The translations under genes and the position numbers were made by a program. DNA of 64,000 bases from Callorhinchus milii (lineage: Eukaryota), in NCBI RefSeq assembly GCF_018977255.1, contig NW_024704742.1, positions 37,946,001 through 38,010,000 on the forward strand, written 5' to 3'. A model generated the notes under the pieces. The model ran no database searches, had not been told where the DNA came from, and saw only the letters and a list, made by a program, of their open reading frames with translations. Shown here in pieces: positions 38,243 to 50,555 of the stretch (positions are counted from its first letter, which is position 1; the number at the start of each line of letters is the position of its first letter).

Positions 38243-38613
38243 TAATAATAATAATCCTTGCATTTGATATAGTGTTTTATCACGTCTTCGAAACATCTCA
38301 AAGCGCTTCACAGAATGTCCTGTAAAGTGAATTGACTGTGTATTTGTGGACGAAACGCGACAGTCAATTGCGCACAGCAGTGTCCCACAAATAGTCGTGG
38401 ATTGAGAGACCAATTTATTATTATTTATTATTATGGATTATTATCCCCAGAAAAGCGATCCGCCAATCGACTAACAAACGAGTTCCTATTTCCTGCTAGG
38501 TAAACAGGCATGTGGAATAAGGAAACTTGCGTAATGTCTTGTCCTTTCTGGGAACCAACCCAGGTCCTCTTGTTTGCAAGGCGAACGCTCTAACCACTAA
38601 GCTACAGGACTCC
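38243..38613 (-). mobile_element. Young tRNA-SINE, full length
   Basis: Ends ...ctctaaccactaagctacaggactcc (head) and begins with the (taa)n tail. Confidence 0.93.
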
Positions 38614-38624
38614 ACAATGGAAGA

Positions 38625-38812
38625 ATCCTAACCAGTTTAGCCTCTCCTCAAAGCCATATCATTTCATATCCAGTATCATGTTCATAAACCTAACGCTGCA
38701 CCCTCTCTATAGCTCCAATATCCTTTCTATTATTTGGTGCCCCAAACTGCATGCAATATTACAGCTGCAGCCTAACCAGTATTTTATACAGACTCATCGT
38801 CACTTCCTTGCT
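38625..38812 (-). mobile_element. CR1 fragment
   Basis: ccccaaactgcatgcaatattacagctgcagcctaacc is the reverse complement of an LVR..LEYC.QFW.P-like motif. Confidence 0.7.
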
Positions 38813-41134
38813 TGTATTTAATGTCAAGCACGAATATCAGTTTCCCCCTGTCTACCTGATACATCAAAAAAATCTTATTTGAGATTCTAATGCAGAAATC
38901 TTGAGTGCACCACCAAACTATAGATCAGTATTAAGAATGATCTGTACAAAGCAGGAGAATTTCTGTTGTCATTGAGATCAACGCCTCTTACAACAGCAAT
39001 GTTGCTTTATGGAGAGCTACTGTAATTACTTTTGTCGGCAGGTGTTTAGATTTTCCTTGAGCCAAGATAATACAGGCTGGCAATAAACTGCCCAGACATT
39101 TTACAATTTTTGCTCATTTCTTCAGAATGCCTGAAGGAGAAATGTTATAAAAGGAGAGACTTGACGAGGATTAAAGTGGAAGATTTTGCTTCCATTTGTT
39201 TCCAGCCCAGAATATTTAAGTTGCAATTATAATATAATACTAATAGTGACTGTGTATCACAATCTGAAGCAAGAAACAAAAAATAAGTCAATCAGTGTGC
39301 AAAACCCGTTCTTCCTTCTTTCCCACCTTGGACACCATCCACTGACTTAATCTTTAGAGATTTTTTTGCGTAATTACTTCCCTGTCCACAAGCACAATCA
39401 TTCCAAATCTCCACATTATTAATCCACCACATGGCATAAAAAAATGGGAATTCCCTTCATGGCTGTTGGTGGGACATTGCTGAAACCCTTGTGACTCACA
39501 GATCATATCATCATCTTCGCCTATAGTTACTCTAGACCCAGGGGTGAGATTTCTGTTGCTGCTAACTATTTGCTCACCCTCCAGCTCAAGCTACCAGCTA
39601 GTTGTGTGAAGTGCTTTGAAATATCCTCCCAAATTCAAGTCACTAAACAACTGTAAGTTGTTGTTGTAGCTTTGATCATTTATGTTTAGAACAGGATTTT
39701 ACCATTGTAAAGTCGCATTGTTAAAGTTTCAATACTGTACTAAGGAACATGATGTATTGGGGCTGACCTTAATTTTTTGAGTTTATTTATAGTGCACATA
39801 TTTGTGGTAACTACACAGAAAATACATTTGAATCTTGTTTGACATGCGTGCAGATGTCTTGTATCATCGTTATACCACAGTGTTCAGCACAGAGTGCGCT
39901 CTGGATGTCCGGAGACGATGTAAAAGCAACGGATGGTCAGAAAGCAGCAACACCCAGTGCCACAATGTAAAAGTGACATAATACAGCATCCGTCTGCTCC
40001 ACACAGCCCCATGTATACACAAGTGCAGAAATGTTCTACCATGTGCAACAATATTGAGTGATGAAATTTGAATGTGTAAAATTCCTTCACTAAGTTAAAT
40101 CCTCATCTATGTTGAACTCCAACAGGGTTGCTCAGCTCCACAATCATTTATTTTGATATATGCACCATTTAATGGTGTGCCTGGCTGACATTGTTGGACT
40201 GAAGCCTGACAGTTGTCAATTTTGTATAAAATAACTTTGCAGAAGCTTGATATATTGCAAGTTGTTAGATACATCCCATCTGCTTTGTGGCACTGAATTC
40301 AAACAGCACAGCAAACAAAGTGCAGCAAAAGATACTAATGTTTGTTGTATGTTGGTATTGTGTGCGTCATGAAGCATGCAGGAAGGAACGTTTAATGCAA
40401 TTGCAAAGGAGAGCGAACAATACCCTATGTGTTCAGTAAGAGAAAGTGACCAAAGTCCATTTCTAAAACATTGCAGGATGCTTCTGGCTTACCATTTAAA
40501 AATGAGCATTTTGCAGTTTTCCACTCTTCACAGAGTACTGTAGCTCTTTGTACTTGGAGAAACAATAAGTGAGCTAATAAATGGAGGTTTCAAAAGCTCT
40601 GCTGGCAGTGACGGCCACATGCTTTGTTATTCTAAATAACAATACGTTACCAAATACAGTCTTTATATATTTTTCCACATAAGTCATCTTAAAACCATTT
40701 TCTTTGAAAGTATGACAATACTGTCCCTTGGAATAGGTTTCTGCAGGAATGATTTTGAAAAATATTTGATAAAAGATACAAGGATGATTGATGTGGCCAA
40801 CATATATAGAAGTATGAGGTGCCCAGTTGAAGTTGAGGTTTAAGGCACTTTGGGGGAGAAATTTCACCAGGGTCTAGATTTACTCTCATATTTTCTTAAC
40901 ATTTTAGAAGGCGCAGATTTTGCACATTGTTGAACTAAGTCGTAACTTTGAATTGTGTTCAACAGTAACATTTGTATTTAAGATTTGGCAAATTCTAGAT
41001 CTTCTGAAATACTAAGAAGTGTAAATCCAGACGAGGTGGACTTTCTGGCGTCTTGCTGGATATGCGTGGCCTCAGAGTGCTTCATGCTGACACTTGGTGG
41101 AAAAGGTGAACAAGTGTCTTTCATATTGTCTTGA

Positions 41135-41779
41135 GTGCGGGTTTGAGCCCTCACTAGGTGGACAACAGGCACCAGAAACTATCCAGCTCGCAAGGCTCAA
41201 ACCTGCGCTTTGAGCCAAAACAAATTGCCACATCTCCATGCTTATAAATAAAATAAGAAAGTTATCATTAGGAAACAATTCATTGTGTTAATGGCAGGTG
41301 TTAGCCTGGCTCAGTTGGTAGCATTCTTGCCTCTGAGTTAAATGGGGATCGAATACACATAATATAAAACTAGCAAGGAAGCTTGGACCGACCGGTAAAA
41401 TGGAGCGGCCTGCGTTTCCTAGTGCCTGCGATCCACCTAGTGAGGGCTCTTAACTCATACTTGTTGGATGTCAAATGACCAACGTGTGATGATCCTCCTT
41501 GTAGGAGAGGAAAGTGGGATCTCCTTGGAGCTGAACTGACTCCAGGTGACATGCCTGGCATCTGTCCCACCCTCTGTTGTCCCCAAGATTTGACTCATCA
41601 ATCTGCACCTAATACTCTCTGAAATTAAGTAAGCAGGATGTGTTCCTCCAGGGAGAGAGAGTGATTCAAGAAACATCTCTGGAATTTCTATGTGTAGGTG
41701 GATGGTTGGAATGTTCAGTTTGGTTTGGATACTCTTAGGCTTGGTGATGAGTTTCCGCATGTGTCAACATTCGGCTGCC
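41135..41779. repeat. Modular repeat copy C (41410-41779) with an inverted partial copy (41135-41179)
   Basis: gagccctcactaggtgga and tccacctagtgagggctc are reverse complements; head shared with copies A and B, arm 2 shared with 7122 and 54184. Confidence 0.65.
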
Positions 41780-41974
41780 AAAAAAAAGCAGCAATTCTTT
41801 TGAATTGAATTTGATTTGGAGTGAAGTAGGAATTCGTTGTTAGATAAAAATGGGGTGAGGTGCTGGGAGAGGTTTTAGTTCAGTTAGTTCAGGATGAAGG
41901 AGAAAGTAAAATAAAAGGGCCAAATAAGGGAAGGAATGTGTTCAAGGATAAGATCCGATGATTTTAATAAGTTT

Positions 41975-42070
41975 AAATGTTTTGCAAAGCATCAGGAATG
42001 AGCTTTTCAGAAACAGAGGTGCTTGCTGGTATGGTTGATACAATCAGGATCACAGAAACCTGCCTGAGAA
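41975..42070 (+). mobile_element. Decayed APE-endonuclease N-terminal fragment of a CR1-like LINE
   Basis: gcaaagcatcaggaat...atcaggatcacagaaacctgcctg resembles the NARSIRNK...IGITETWL motif. Confidence 0.5.
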
Positions 42071-42699
42071 ATACTGACACAAGAGGATCTAAAATGTTCT
42101 ACAAGAATTGTCCTGTGAAGCAGGGCCAAGAAGCCATGTAACTGCTAACGGGAGTTAAACTAATGATCCAGTCTTAGTATAATTGGTAAGTAAGCCAGGA
42201 TTTCACTGTTGAGAGGGGATTAAACAGCAGAAGGAAGGAGATTGAGGCAATCTAGGTAGCAGTTAGTAATTAGAACTGCAACAAGTGACAACTGCTCTCA
42301 ACGCCAACACAACCCTCCCAATGATCTCAAGGAGCAAGCCCTATGGGCTCAATGGTCATTTCCTGCTCCACACTATTATTTTTTTGTCAGTTTTATGTGG
42401 TCAATTTGATTCCTCTATTTAATATTAAAAGCAAACTGATGATCTGCTTGTGATAGTTTAATTCAGAATGAGGAAATGGATTTGATTTGACTGTCTCTTT
42501 GAAGGATAAATCTGTTTTGCAAAGAACCGTAACCCTAAGCGAGAGAACTGCCTTATCATGACACTGCTAGACTGACACAATGCTGTGTGACAGAGTGATT
42601 AATGATGTTGGGTTGGGTGTGGCTGTGTAGATGCAAACAAACCAGTTTGCTGAATGTATTCATATGGTCAGGGTCCATTTTAAGTAGCAAATCATGTTA

Positions 42700-42890
42700 T
42701 GGGAGTTTCTCCCGGTGTGTGACTGACAGTCCCTCAGGTAAAATTGGCCTTTCTCTTCTTAGCCATTTGTGGGACATCACTGTGCACTAATTGGCTGCCA
42801 GGTTTGCCTAAAAAAATGCAGTCACTACCCTTTACAGTAAATCCTGTGAAGAGCTTTGGTACTGTGCCACATGCAAGAACTATTATTATA
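42700..42890 (+). mobile_element. Deu-type SINE, 3' half
   Basis: gggagtttctcccggtgt...tttgtgggacatcactgtgcactaattggctgcc...atgcaagaactattattat. Confidence 0.7.
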
Positions 42891-43194
42891 TTCTTGTCCA
42901 ATTCATCTTCCAAAGTAAATCTACTGTTACTTTTGCTAAAACATTTTGGGAAAGGTATACAACACTTCACCAAACCATAGCGTGCTTTTCATTTTCCCCT
43001 TTGTTACAACCTAATAAAATTGTGTGGTCCTGACAGGTGAGTTAAACACCTTTATTAAATAAAACACAGTGTATTCCTTTGGAGTTGACACTGCTAGACT
43101 GACACAGTGCTGTGTCAGTGATTGATCAGATAAGCACCAAGTGCGATCAGATAAGCACCAAGTGTCTGATTAGCAGATGGATCGAAGATCAGTA

Positions 43195-43266
43195 GACGAG
43201 GAGAAGAAAGCTAGATTTGGGCGTCATCTGCATACATGTGGAAGTTAACCCCCATGTCTGCGAATG
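43195..43266 (-). mobile_element. Isolated 70-bp L2 RT fragment covering the YADD motif
   Basis: Reverse complement reads ...[13 protein letters not shown], matching the 7653-8846 copy. Confidence 0.75.
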
Positions 43267-43809
43267 AAATGAAAAACCCAAATATACTTATTGTTGTGAA
43301 ATACAGGTAAAGTTGCATCAGTTGTCCCTTTATAAATGATATAATAGTCTTAAGTCGTACATGTGTCCAAGTCCATTGAGTTTTCTATCAAAAAAACTTA
43401 GATTTCTTTGGACCAGTCGTATTTTATAAGTAGATGAATGGCTTATAAATCGTAACGGTTTCTTGGTCTAAATAATCCTAAATCGTTTGCAAATCATTTC
43501 CTAACTCGTATCGCTGTTACCGCACCTACCGGCTGCATCGGTGAAGTATCGCTGAGTTTGAAACAAGCATGGGAAGTCAAGTCCTGACTCATTGTCATGG
43601 CATTATACATTGTAAAGCCCAAAGACAGCTCAAGGTACTGTACTTATTCTTTGCTTAAGGATGTCAAGTGGATGTCTGTGTAATAATAAAACAATTTAAA
43701 TTCGTTTTTCTTCAACAAAAGAGGGGCTGGCTCTGAAAGCATGGTGTCACAAAAGATAAACTTTACATAACTTTATGTAAATCATATTAAATTGACTGCT
43801 CTGACTTAT

Positions 43810-44168
43810 ATAATAATAATCCTTGCATTTGATATAGCGCCTTATCACATCGTTGAGACATCTCAAAGCACTACACAGAATATACTGTAACAAGAATTGA
43901 CTGTATTTTGTGGGCGAAATATGGCAGACAACTGTCACACAAACATTTGTGAATTGAGTGACTAAATTATTATTTAATTTTTTAAGGGATTATTATCCCC
44001 GGAAAAATGATCTGTCAATCGACTAACAACCGGGTACCTTTTTACTGCTGGGTAAACAGAGATGTGTGGAGTAAGGAAACTTGCCTAACATTGCACCCTG
44101 CCTGAGAATCAAACCCAGGTCCTCTTGCTTGCGAGGCGAGTGCTCTAACCACTAAGCTACAGGACTCC
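43810..44168 (-). mobile_element. Young tRNA-SINE, full length
   Basis: Head gtgctctaaccactaagctacaggactcc; (taa)n tail. Confidence 0.93.
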
Positions 44169-44194
44169 ACGAGTTTACATGCAGTACATATATT

Positions 44195-44402
44195 CATCTA
44201 ATTCGTGGAATGTGGAATCGCTGGCGGAAGATGTGGGTGAAGCAGAAATATTTAAGAGGAAATGCAATGCATACATGAGTAATATAGGGAATAGAGAAGC
44301 ATGGGAGAGGGGATTAGGAGGGGTGGATGCTCATGTAGCATACAAACACTGGCTGGATTAGATGGGAAGAATAGCCTGTTATAAATTACAAATTCTCTCT
44401 GT
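44195..44402 (+). mobile_element. CR1 3' end
   Basis: ggaatgtggaatcgctg...gaagcagaaatatttaagagg; 3' UTR similar to the reverse complement of 20280-20470. Confidence 0.65.
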
Positions 44403-44419
44403 AACCAGGGCTCCTTTAC

Positions 44420-45655
44420 CTTCTTATCCTCCTCGACCTTTCCACTGCTTTTGTCTCTATCCTCCTTGATCTTCTCTCCTTCCTTATCCGCCTACATGTG
44501 ACCTCGCTCTCCTGGTCCAATTTTACCTGACCCACTGCCTCTACTTTGTCTCTTCCAACGGTTTCTCCTCCCATTCTTGCACTGCCACCCTGTACCTCAG
44601 AACTCTCTTCTCAGCCCCCTACCTTCCCTCTTCTACATGCTCCCTCTTGGTGACATCAACCTCAGACATGGGGTCAACTTCCACATGCATGTGGATAACA
44701 CCCAAATCTGCCTCTTCCTCTAGTCGTGGTCTGAGGCACGCTGGTGTTCTGTCTACCTGCTACTCAGGCACCAAGGTTTGGATGAGCTGCAACTAAAAAT
44801 AGACAAACTGAAGTCATCCACTTGGCTCTTGTCAATGTCGCTTCACTTTTGTCTATGATCCCCTCAATCTCCCTGGGCTCTCCTACACTCACTGAACCAG
44901 TTTGCAACATTGGTGTCCAGTTCATGCCTCAACTCTCCATTCTCCTTCACATCCCTAACTAAGTCTGTATTCCTTCACTTCTGCCATATCACCCCCATCT
45001 GTCCCTCTCACACCCGCTGAAACCCTTATCCACACAATGCAATGCAAAATTACATTTGTGAAGCGCCTTTCACATCGGGAGGACGTCCATTCACATTCAT
45101 TACTTCCTGTCTGAACTATTTCAATGTACTCCTTGCTGGTCTCCCTAGTTCCACCATCCATAAACTCCATGTATCCAAAACATCCGCCTTCCACATTATC
45201 TTCACCTACACCAAACTGCTCTAGTCCTCGTCATGCTCCCCTGGATTACTATCTCCCAACAGATTGACTTGTAGGTCCTCACCCCCATGAATAAAGTCCT
45301 TCACGGCTTAGAACTTCCCTGTCTCTCTGATGTCCTCCTACCCCACTCCTCTGCTTGTTCACTACCCTCAGCTAACTCAGCCTTTCTCCATGACCCTACC
45401 CTCTCCACACCACCACTGATGGCCGAGCTTTCAGATTCTATGCCCCTGACCGAGCTTTCAGATTCTAACTCCCTCCCTTGACCCTTCCTGTCCTGCTCCC
45501 TCTCTGTCTTAAAGTCCCCCTTAAAACCTACCTTTTGATTGGATCTGTGGTCATCTTCCGCCTCAACAGCTCAGTGTCCAACCCTGACACTGTAAGAGTG
45601 TTCCAAGATATCATCCTGTATATAAGGTGCTCTATAACTGCAGATTGTTGTTGTT
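44420..45655 (+). mobile_element. Old 5'-truncated L2, with a short minus-strand L2 tail inserted at about 45036-45087
   Basis: aacggtttctcctcc (NGFSS); gacatggggtcaacttccacatgcatgtggataacacccaa (HGVNFHM..D.TQ); tail gctctataactgcagattgttgttgtt. Confidence 0.8.
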
Positions 45656-48649
45656 TGTTTGTTGATCATTTGTCACAATGGTTGGACCTGAAGCTGCCTA
45701 TTACCACAATTGGACTTGCTGGTAGGTTAACCAGCATCCCACAAATCAGCCTTCAATTGCCATGTTCTGTGAACCAGCAAGTCAAAAGGCAGTTGCAGGT
45801 GTCTTTAAGCCCAACCATTGTGATAAAGCTGAAGTGGGGCTCACACCTGTGGCCAAGAAGTCTACTGGATTACCTCTGGGTCTTTAAGTATAAACAAATT
45901 GTGCCATTGTCTCTTTACTAACAGTAGAAAATTCCCCAGTGATTGTGAGTGATGTTGTATGTGTGGGCGCAGACCTCTGGGTGTCAGTGAGTGAAGCTGT
46001 ACAACTCAGTGCTGTACACTCCCATCACTCTCAACACATGGTTGTTTGCCTGCTGCCTCCATTATAACCCCAGGTTTGTATCCCACAGTTATTTCTCATC
46101 GCAAAGGCAGTCTGCTTTTGAAGTACAGTACTTTTGCAAAGTAATTTTCTTGAATGTGACATTTTAATGTGACATTTCCGGTAGCTTCTCTGGATGGAAT
46201 TAGCAATGTACCAGGGAAATCCATTTGACCCAGTGTCTGAGGAGCACAATCATCTATTCTCCAATTAAAAGCACATAGGATCTCCAAAGGTCCACTTCTG
46301 GAAACCTTCACAGCTCAGTCTCTAGTATCTGCCATTGCAGGTAGTTATTTATAGTTTGACTCCAGGGCTTTTAAAAAAAAATTTCAGCCAGCATAGCAAT
46401 GTGTACGTTTCCGTATACAAGTAATGTCAAGCCTCTATGAAACTGCTATACTTGGGTTAGCATGTCTTTCCATTCATCATTAAACATATCTCTTCTCTCT
46501 ATGTCAATCGCTTGCCACCCTCTCCACCCACTGAATAAGAGTTCCATTACTGTATCTATTGAGTGAAATCTTCAAGCAAATAGTGACAAGAGACTGTTTT
46601 GGCACAGTGCAACATCCTGTATGTTGTTCACTCCCTGGGTTGACTATGATCAGCCTTTAAGAGGAGTTGTCAGTTATACGTTTTCGTGGCAATTAATGGA
46701 TTCCTCGTTCATTCAGTTTTCCATTCAATTTTTGAAAAAGATTATTAAAAAGTATGAGGAGGACATAGAAGAGTAGGAGAGAGAGGGAGACCAGGTGTAA
46801 AGTGTAACATCTCCGCAGACCTTTTGAGCCGAGTGGCCTGTTTTGTGGCTGTAACATGATATAATCGACAGCAGCATCTTGTAGCTGTCAGCAAATTTGC
46901 TGCTTTGCCAGGATGTGAAAATCACATCCATGAGAGAGCAATATAAGACTCCTTCCATGTGCTCTGCATCTACACGTCACCCAACTCAGCCCTTCCAATT
47001 CGAAGCAAAAGCTGTGAAAGTCTCCGAGTGGAATTTCAGTGAGACGTGCATTTCATGGTATCCCGAAGAATCCAGTGTGGAAAATCCCTGGTATTTAATG
47101 CTTGAAAACAACCTTGTAATATTCAATCAATAAGACAAAAACTGTTGGTTGGTCACTTGTTGATTGTTTAGCTTGTTACTCATGTTGGCCTTTTACAAAC
47201 ATTGCCATGGCAAATGTGTGATCAAATCTGCTTGGATCAGGTCTGCTTGCCTTTGCTCTGTGACTTCCAGCTACTTATATCTGTTTGAGCATCTTCCTTA
47301 GATTGCTGGGGCACGGGTGATACATTTAATCCAAATGTTTTGTTGAATAAATTGCATTGTACAGTTTCTCGTGGATTTATTAAATCATTTATTATTGATT
47401 GAATTTGTTTTCCTGCACAGAGGACTTGGTGGGTAGTCAGATTCATTAGGGCAGCTCTGATGGTATAGTGGATAGAATTATTTAATTTAAACATTGTGGA
47501 ATAGTGTTTCCGCAGGTTAGTCTTGAATTTACATCCTCCCCCACCCCCACCCCGTTCAATCTCAGGCCGTGTCCTCTGGTTCTGCTGAGTGCTACATTGT
47601 TGAAAGTGTGGACAAATTGTTGGCATACAGCAACCACGTCAACTGCTTCAGGTGGCTCCAACTGAAGAGTCAATACTGTAGTATTTTGGTGCATTACCAT
47701 TGACTCCAATATAGTGACTGGAGTCAACATAATGGCAAGAAACCAATGAACTGTTCTGCTTACCAGCCCCTCCCTCAGCTCCTAGCACAGTAGACTGAAT
47801 GCAACTGCAATTGGGTCAAACACACTCACTGGATGTTTCGGTTCCTGCAGAGCGTCACTTTGTCAGAACCTGGGTTTGACATACGATCCACACATCAGTG
47901 ACATGCACAGTTTTGGAGGTTACTGGAACCCCTTTGTTTGCAGGGAGTATTACGTGTCTATTGGAAGGGAGGTATCATTGTTTAACATGTATAGTGAGAT
48001 CAATTCTCGGAGTGAGCCTGCCAGCACTGCTTGGGGCACGGGTGTAAATGGGATATCAGTTACTTACTAGCATTCAGAGTGATAGTAAATTCATTACTAC
48101 AAATGAAATGATTCACTAAATTAATTGACCTTGCAATCAGGTGAGAGTGTGGGAGCTTCCTGTGTACATGTGCCTTCTGTGAAAATTCTCATGGATCACT
48201 TGATGCACAGGCATTTAACAGTCATTGTTCAGAGTTAAGCAGCAGGATGTGAAGTCCCTGATAAAATGAGGATAAATTACCTTTCTGCAGTCTCCGGCTT
48301 CCTACAAGGAGGGATAATTGTAGTTATTAATCTATACAAATCTGGTTCCACTTTTTGAGTTCAGATGGTCTCTGAGACATTGTCCTATGTGAAGGGCAGT
48401 ATATAATAGCAAATAGTTGTTGTACTGATATCTGAGCGAGCTGTGGTTCTGGATGCAGAGCATTTGGAAATAAAAATAGTTCTGTGAAATTTTAGCTGTG
48501 TTGTGTAAAATATTTGTTTCCCTTTTTTGTTGCACCTGCGGGCACTGTGTGGTAATAAGATTAAATATAAAACATATCTCAGCAGCACCTAAAAGGTGCT
48601 GCACAAAGAGAGTGGTGCAATCCATATATGCTTGGATATTTAAAACAGT

Positions 48650-48832
48650 AATAATCATTGTGTTTGATCTGGCGCCTCATCACTTTGTCAAAATGTCTCA
48701 AAGCACTATAAGGAGTAGTGACTGTATTTGTAGGTGAATGTGGCAAACAATTTGCACAGCAATGTCCATCAAAGAGCTATGAAGTGAATGACCAATTGTA
48801 TCTGTTGGGCAGGTGCCTGGAGAAACTCCCAT
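48650..48832 (-). mobile_element. Old SINE 3' half
   Basis: ataatcattgtgtttgatctggcgcc...aatttgcacagcaatgtcc. Confidence 0.65.
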
Positions 48833-48844
48833 CTTTACTTAAAG

Positions 48845-49345
48845 ATGGGAGGCAAAGAGGTAATGCTAAGCCGGAATGAATCGTTACTAAGGCTGCAATT
48901 GGAGTTTTGTATCAGTTTTGGGTACCTCATTAAGGAAGAATGTCAAGGCCATGGAAAGGGTGGGGAGGAGATATCCCAGGATGAATTGAGGCATTCTATT
49001 TGTTAAGAGAGGCTGAAGGAACCTGATCCGTTTTGCCTAGAACAGAAAAGAAACCTAATTGAGACTTTAAAATTATGAAGGTATTTTAATAACGTATAAG
49101 GGAGCTGAATTATTTCACTGGTTGGTGAATCGAGAGAAGCAAAAAAATTTCTGAACACAGAGTTGTTAGAACATAGACAACCACCCTGATTAGAATGGTG
49201 GCTGAGGCAGAATCCTTATCAGCTTTTAAAAGATAAATATTTGAAAAGGAGAAATATAAAAGGGGGTGGCTAAAAAAACCAGGAGAATGGAAGTAAATTG
49301 GTAGCTCATTCAGAGTACAGCCACGATGAGCTTCCTTCTCCTGTT
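48845..49345 (+). mobile_element. Old CR1 3' fragment
   Basis: caattggagttttgtatcagttttggg; ctaattgagactttaaaattatgaagg; acacagagttgttagaac. Confidence 0.65.
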
Positions 49346-50392
49346 CAGTACCTTCCAAGGGTTTTGCTGCTTGGAATGCTACAGGTGAGTTGCCTCCCCA
49401 CCCGGGGCATAAAAAGGCTGCTGAGCAGCTGATAGCTCAACCCGTCAAAGGGAGCTCATTGCCTTTAATTATTAAAACATGTTTGACTAATCCTCACTTT
49501 GTGCTGATCTCGGCTGGGGGAGCAGTTGACTTGTATTTCTGGGTCCAGAAAAAGCCTGGTTGGGATTTTGCATGCGTGCAGGATGGAGCCCATGGTTTTC
49601 AATGCCTTTGGAATTCAAAGCTGCCATTTAGAAAAGTAAAATCTCCAATGGTGATCCCAAACAACAGTTGAGTTTTTTTGTCACAGCATTTCTGAGAATA
49701 TTTTCATCATATCATTTGCATGCGTTTACAATAATAACAAATTTACAGCTCTATTTCGGGCAGGTCATTAAACAAAGCACGCTGTTACAGTGTGAAACAC
49801 CTTGTCTGGTCAACCTTGAATGTTAGGACCTCTCTGTCACTCGCACACCTATTATTGCTCAATATCCCACAGAGAAACTCTGGGTGCCATGCATTAGTCT
49901 GTTTACTTGCTCCCGCATGAACCTGACTCACAGCTTCAGCTGCCAATTTTCCACGTAAGCAGAATGAAACTGCAAACTACTGTAAATTAGCTGGAATCCT
50001 TTTAAGATTCCTATCTTTCCCTCTCCTTCCACCTATTAAATTGTTGACTGAAACTCTGATGCAATGATTTGATTTTAGTAGAAAGCCCCTAAATCTTTTA
50101 ACACATTCTTCCATGACATTTCTACCACTGAGTACTTCCACTGAATACTGTCTTAAAAAAACCTCTTTGTAGGTTTGCTTGAATATATAAGCCATTGTTC
50201 TTGTTAGGTCACAGAACATTGCTCACTGTCACTCCACTTTATAGTACATCACGTGAAAAGAGCTATATCAAATGAAAGGATAAAGATTATTACTATTATT
50301 ACCACTGACATCTTTCTCCATGCAATTGAGGGTACTGATTATCTTATTAGGCAGCATATGCTCGGGATCCATTGGCCAACTAGGTACTCTTG

Positions 50393-50555
50393 ATAATCCT
50401 TGCATTTTATATAGAGCCTTATCATGTCTTTGAGATGTCCCAAAGCGCTTCACAGAATATACTGTAAAGTGAATTGACTGTATATTTTGGGCGAAATACG
50501 GCAACCAATTGCACACAGCAGTGTCCCACAAACAGTCGTGGATTGAGTGACCAAT
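50393..50555 (-). mobile_element. Young SINE, 3' half
   Basis: Reverse-complement tail and body, low divergence. Confidence 0.88.

Noticed and set aside
43103..43140. CACAGTG as a V(D)J recombination signal
   Set aside because: No ACAAAAACC-like nonamer at 12 or 23 bp, and no antigen-receptor segments nearby.
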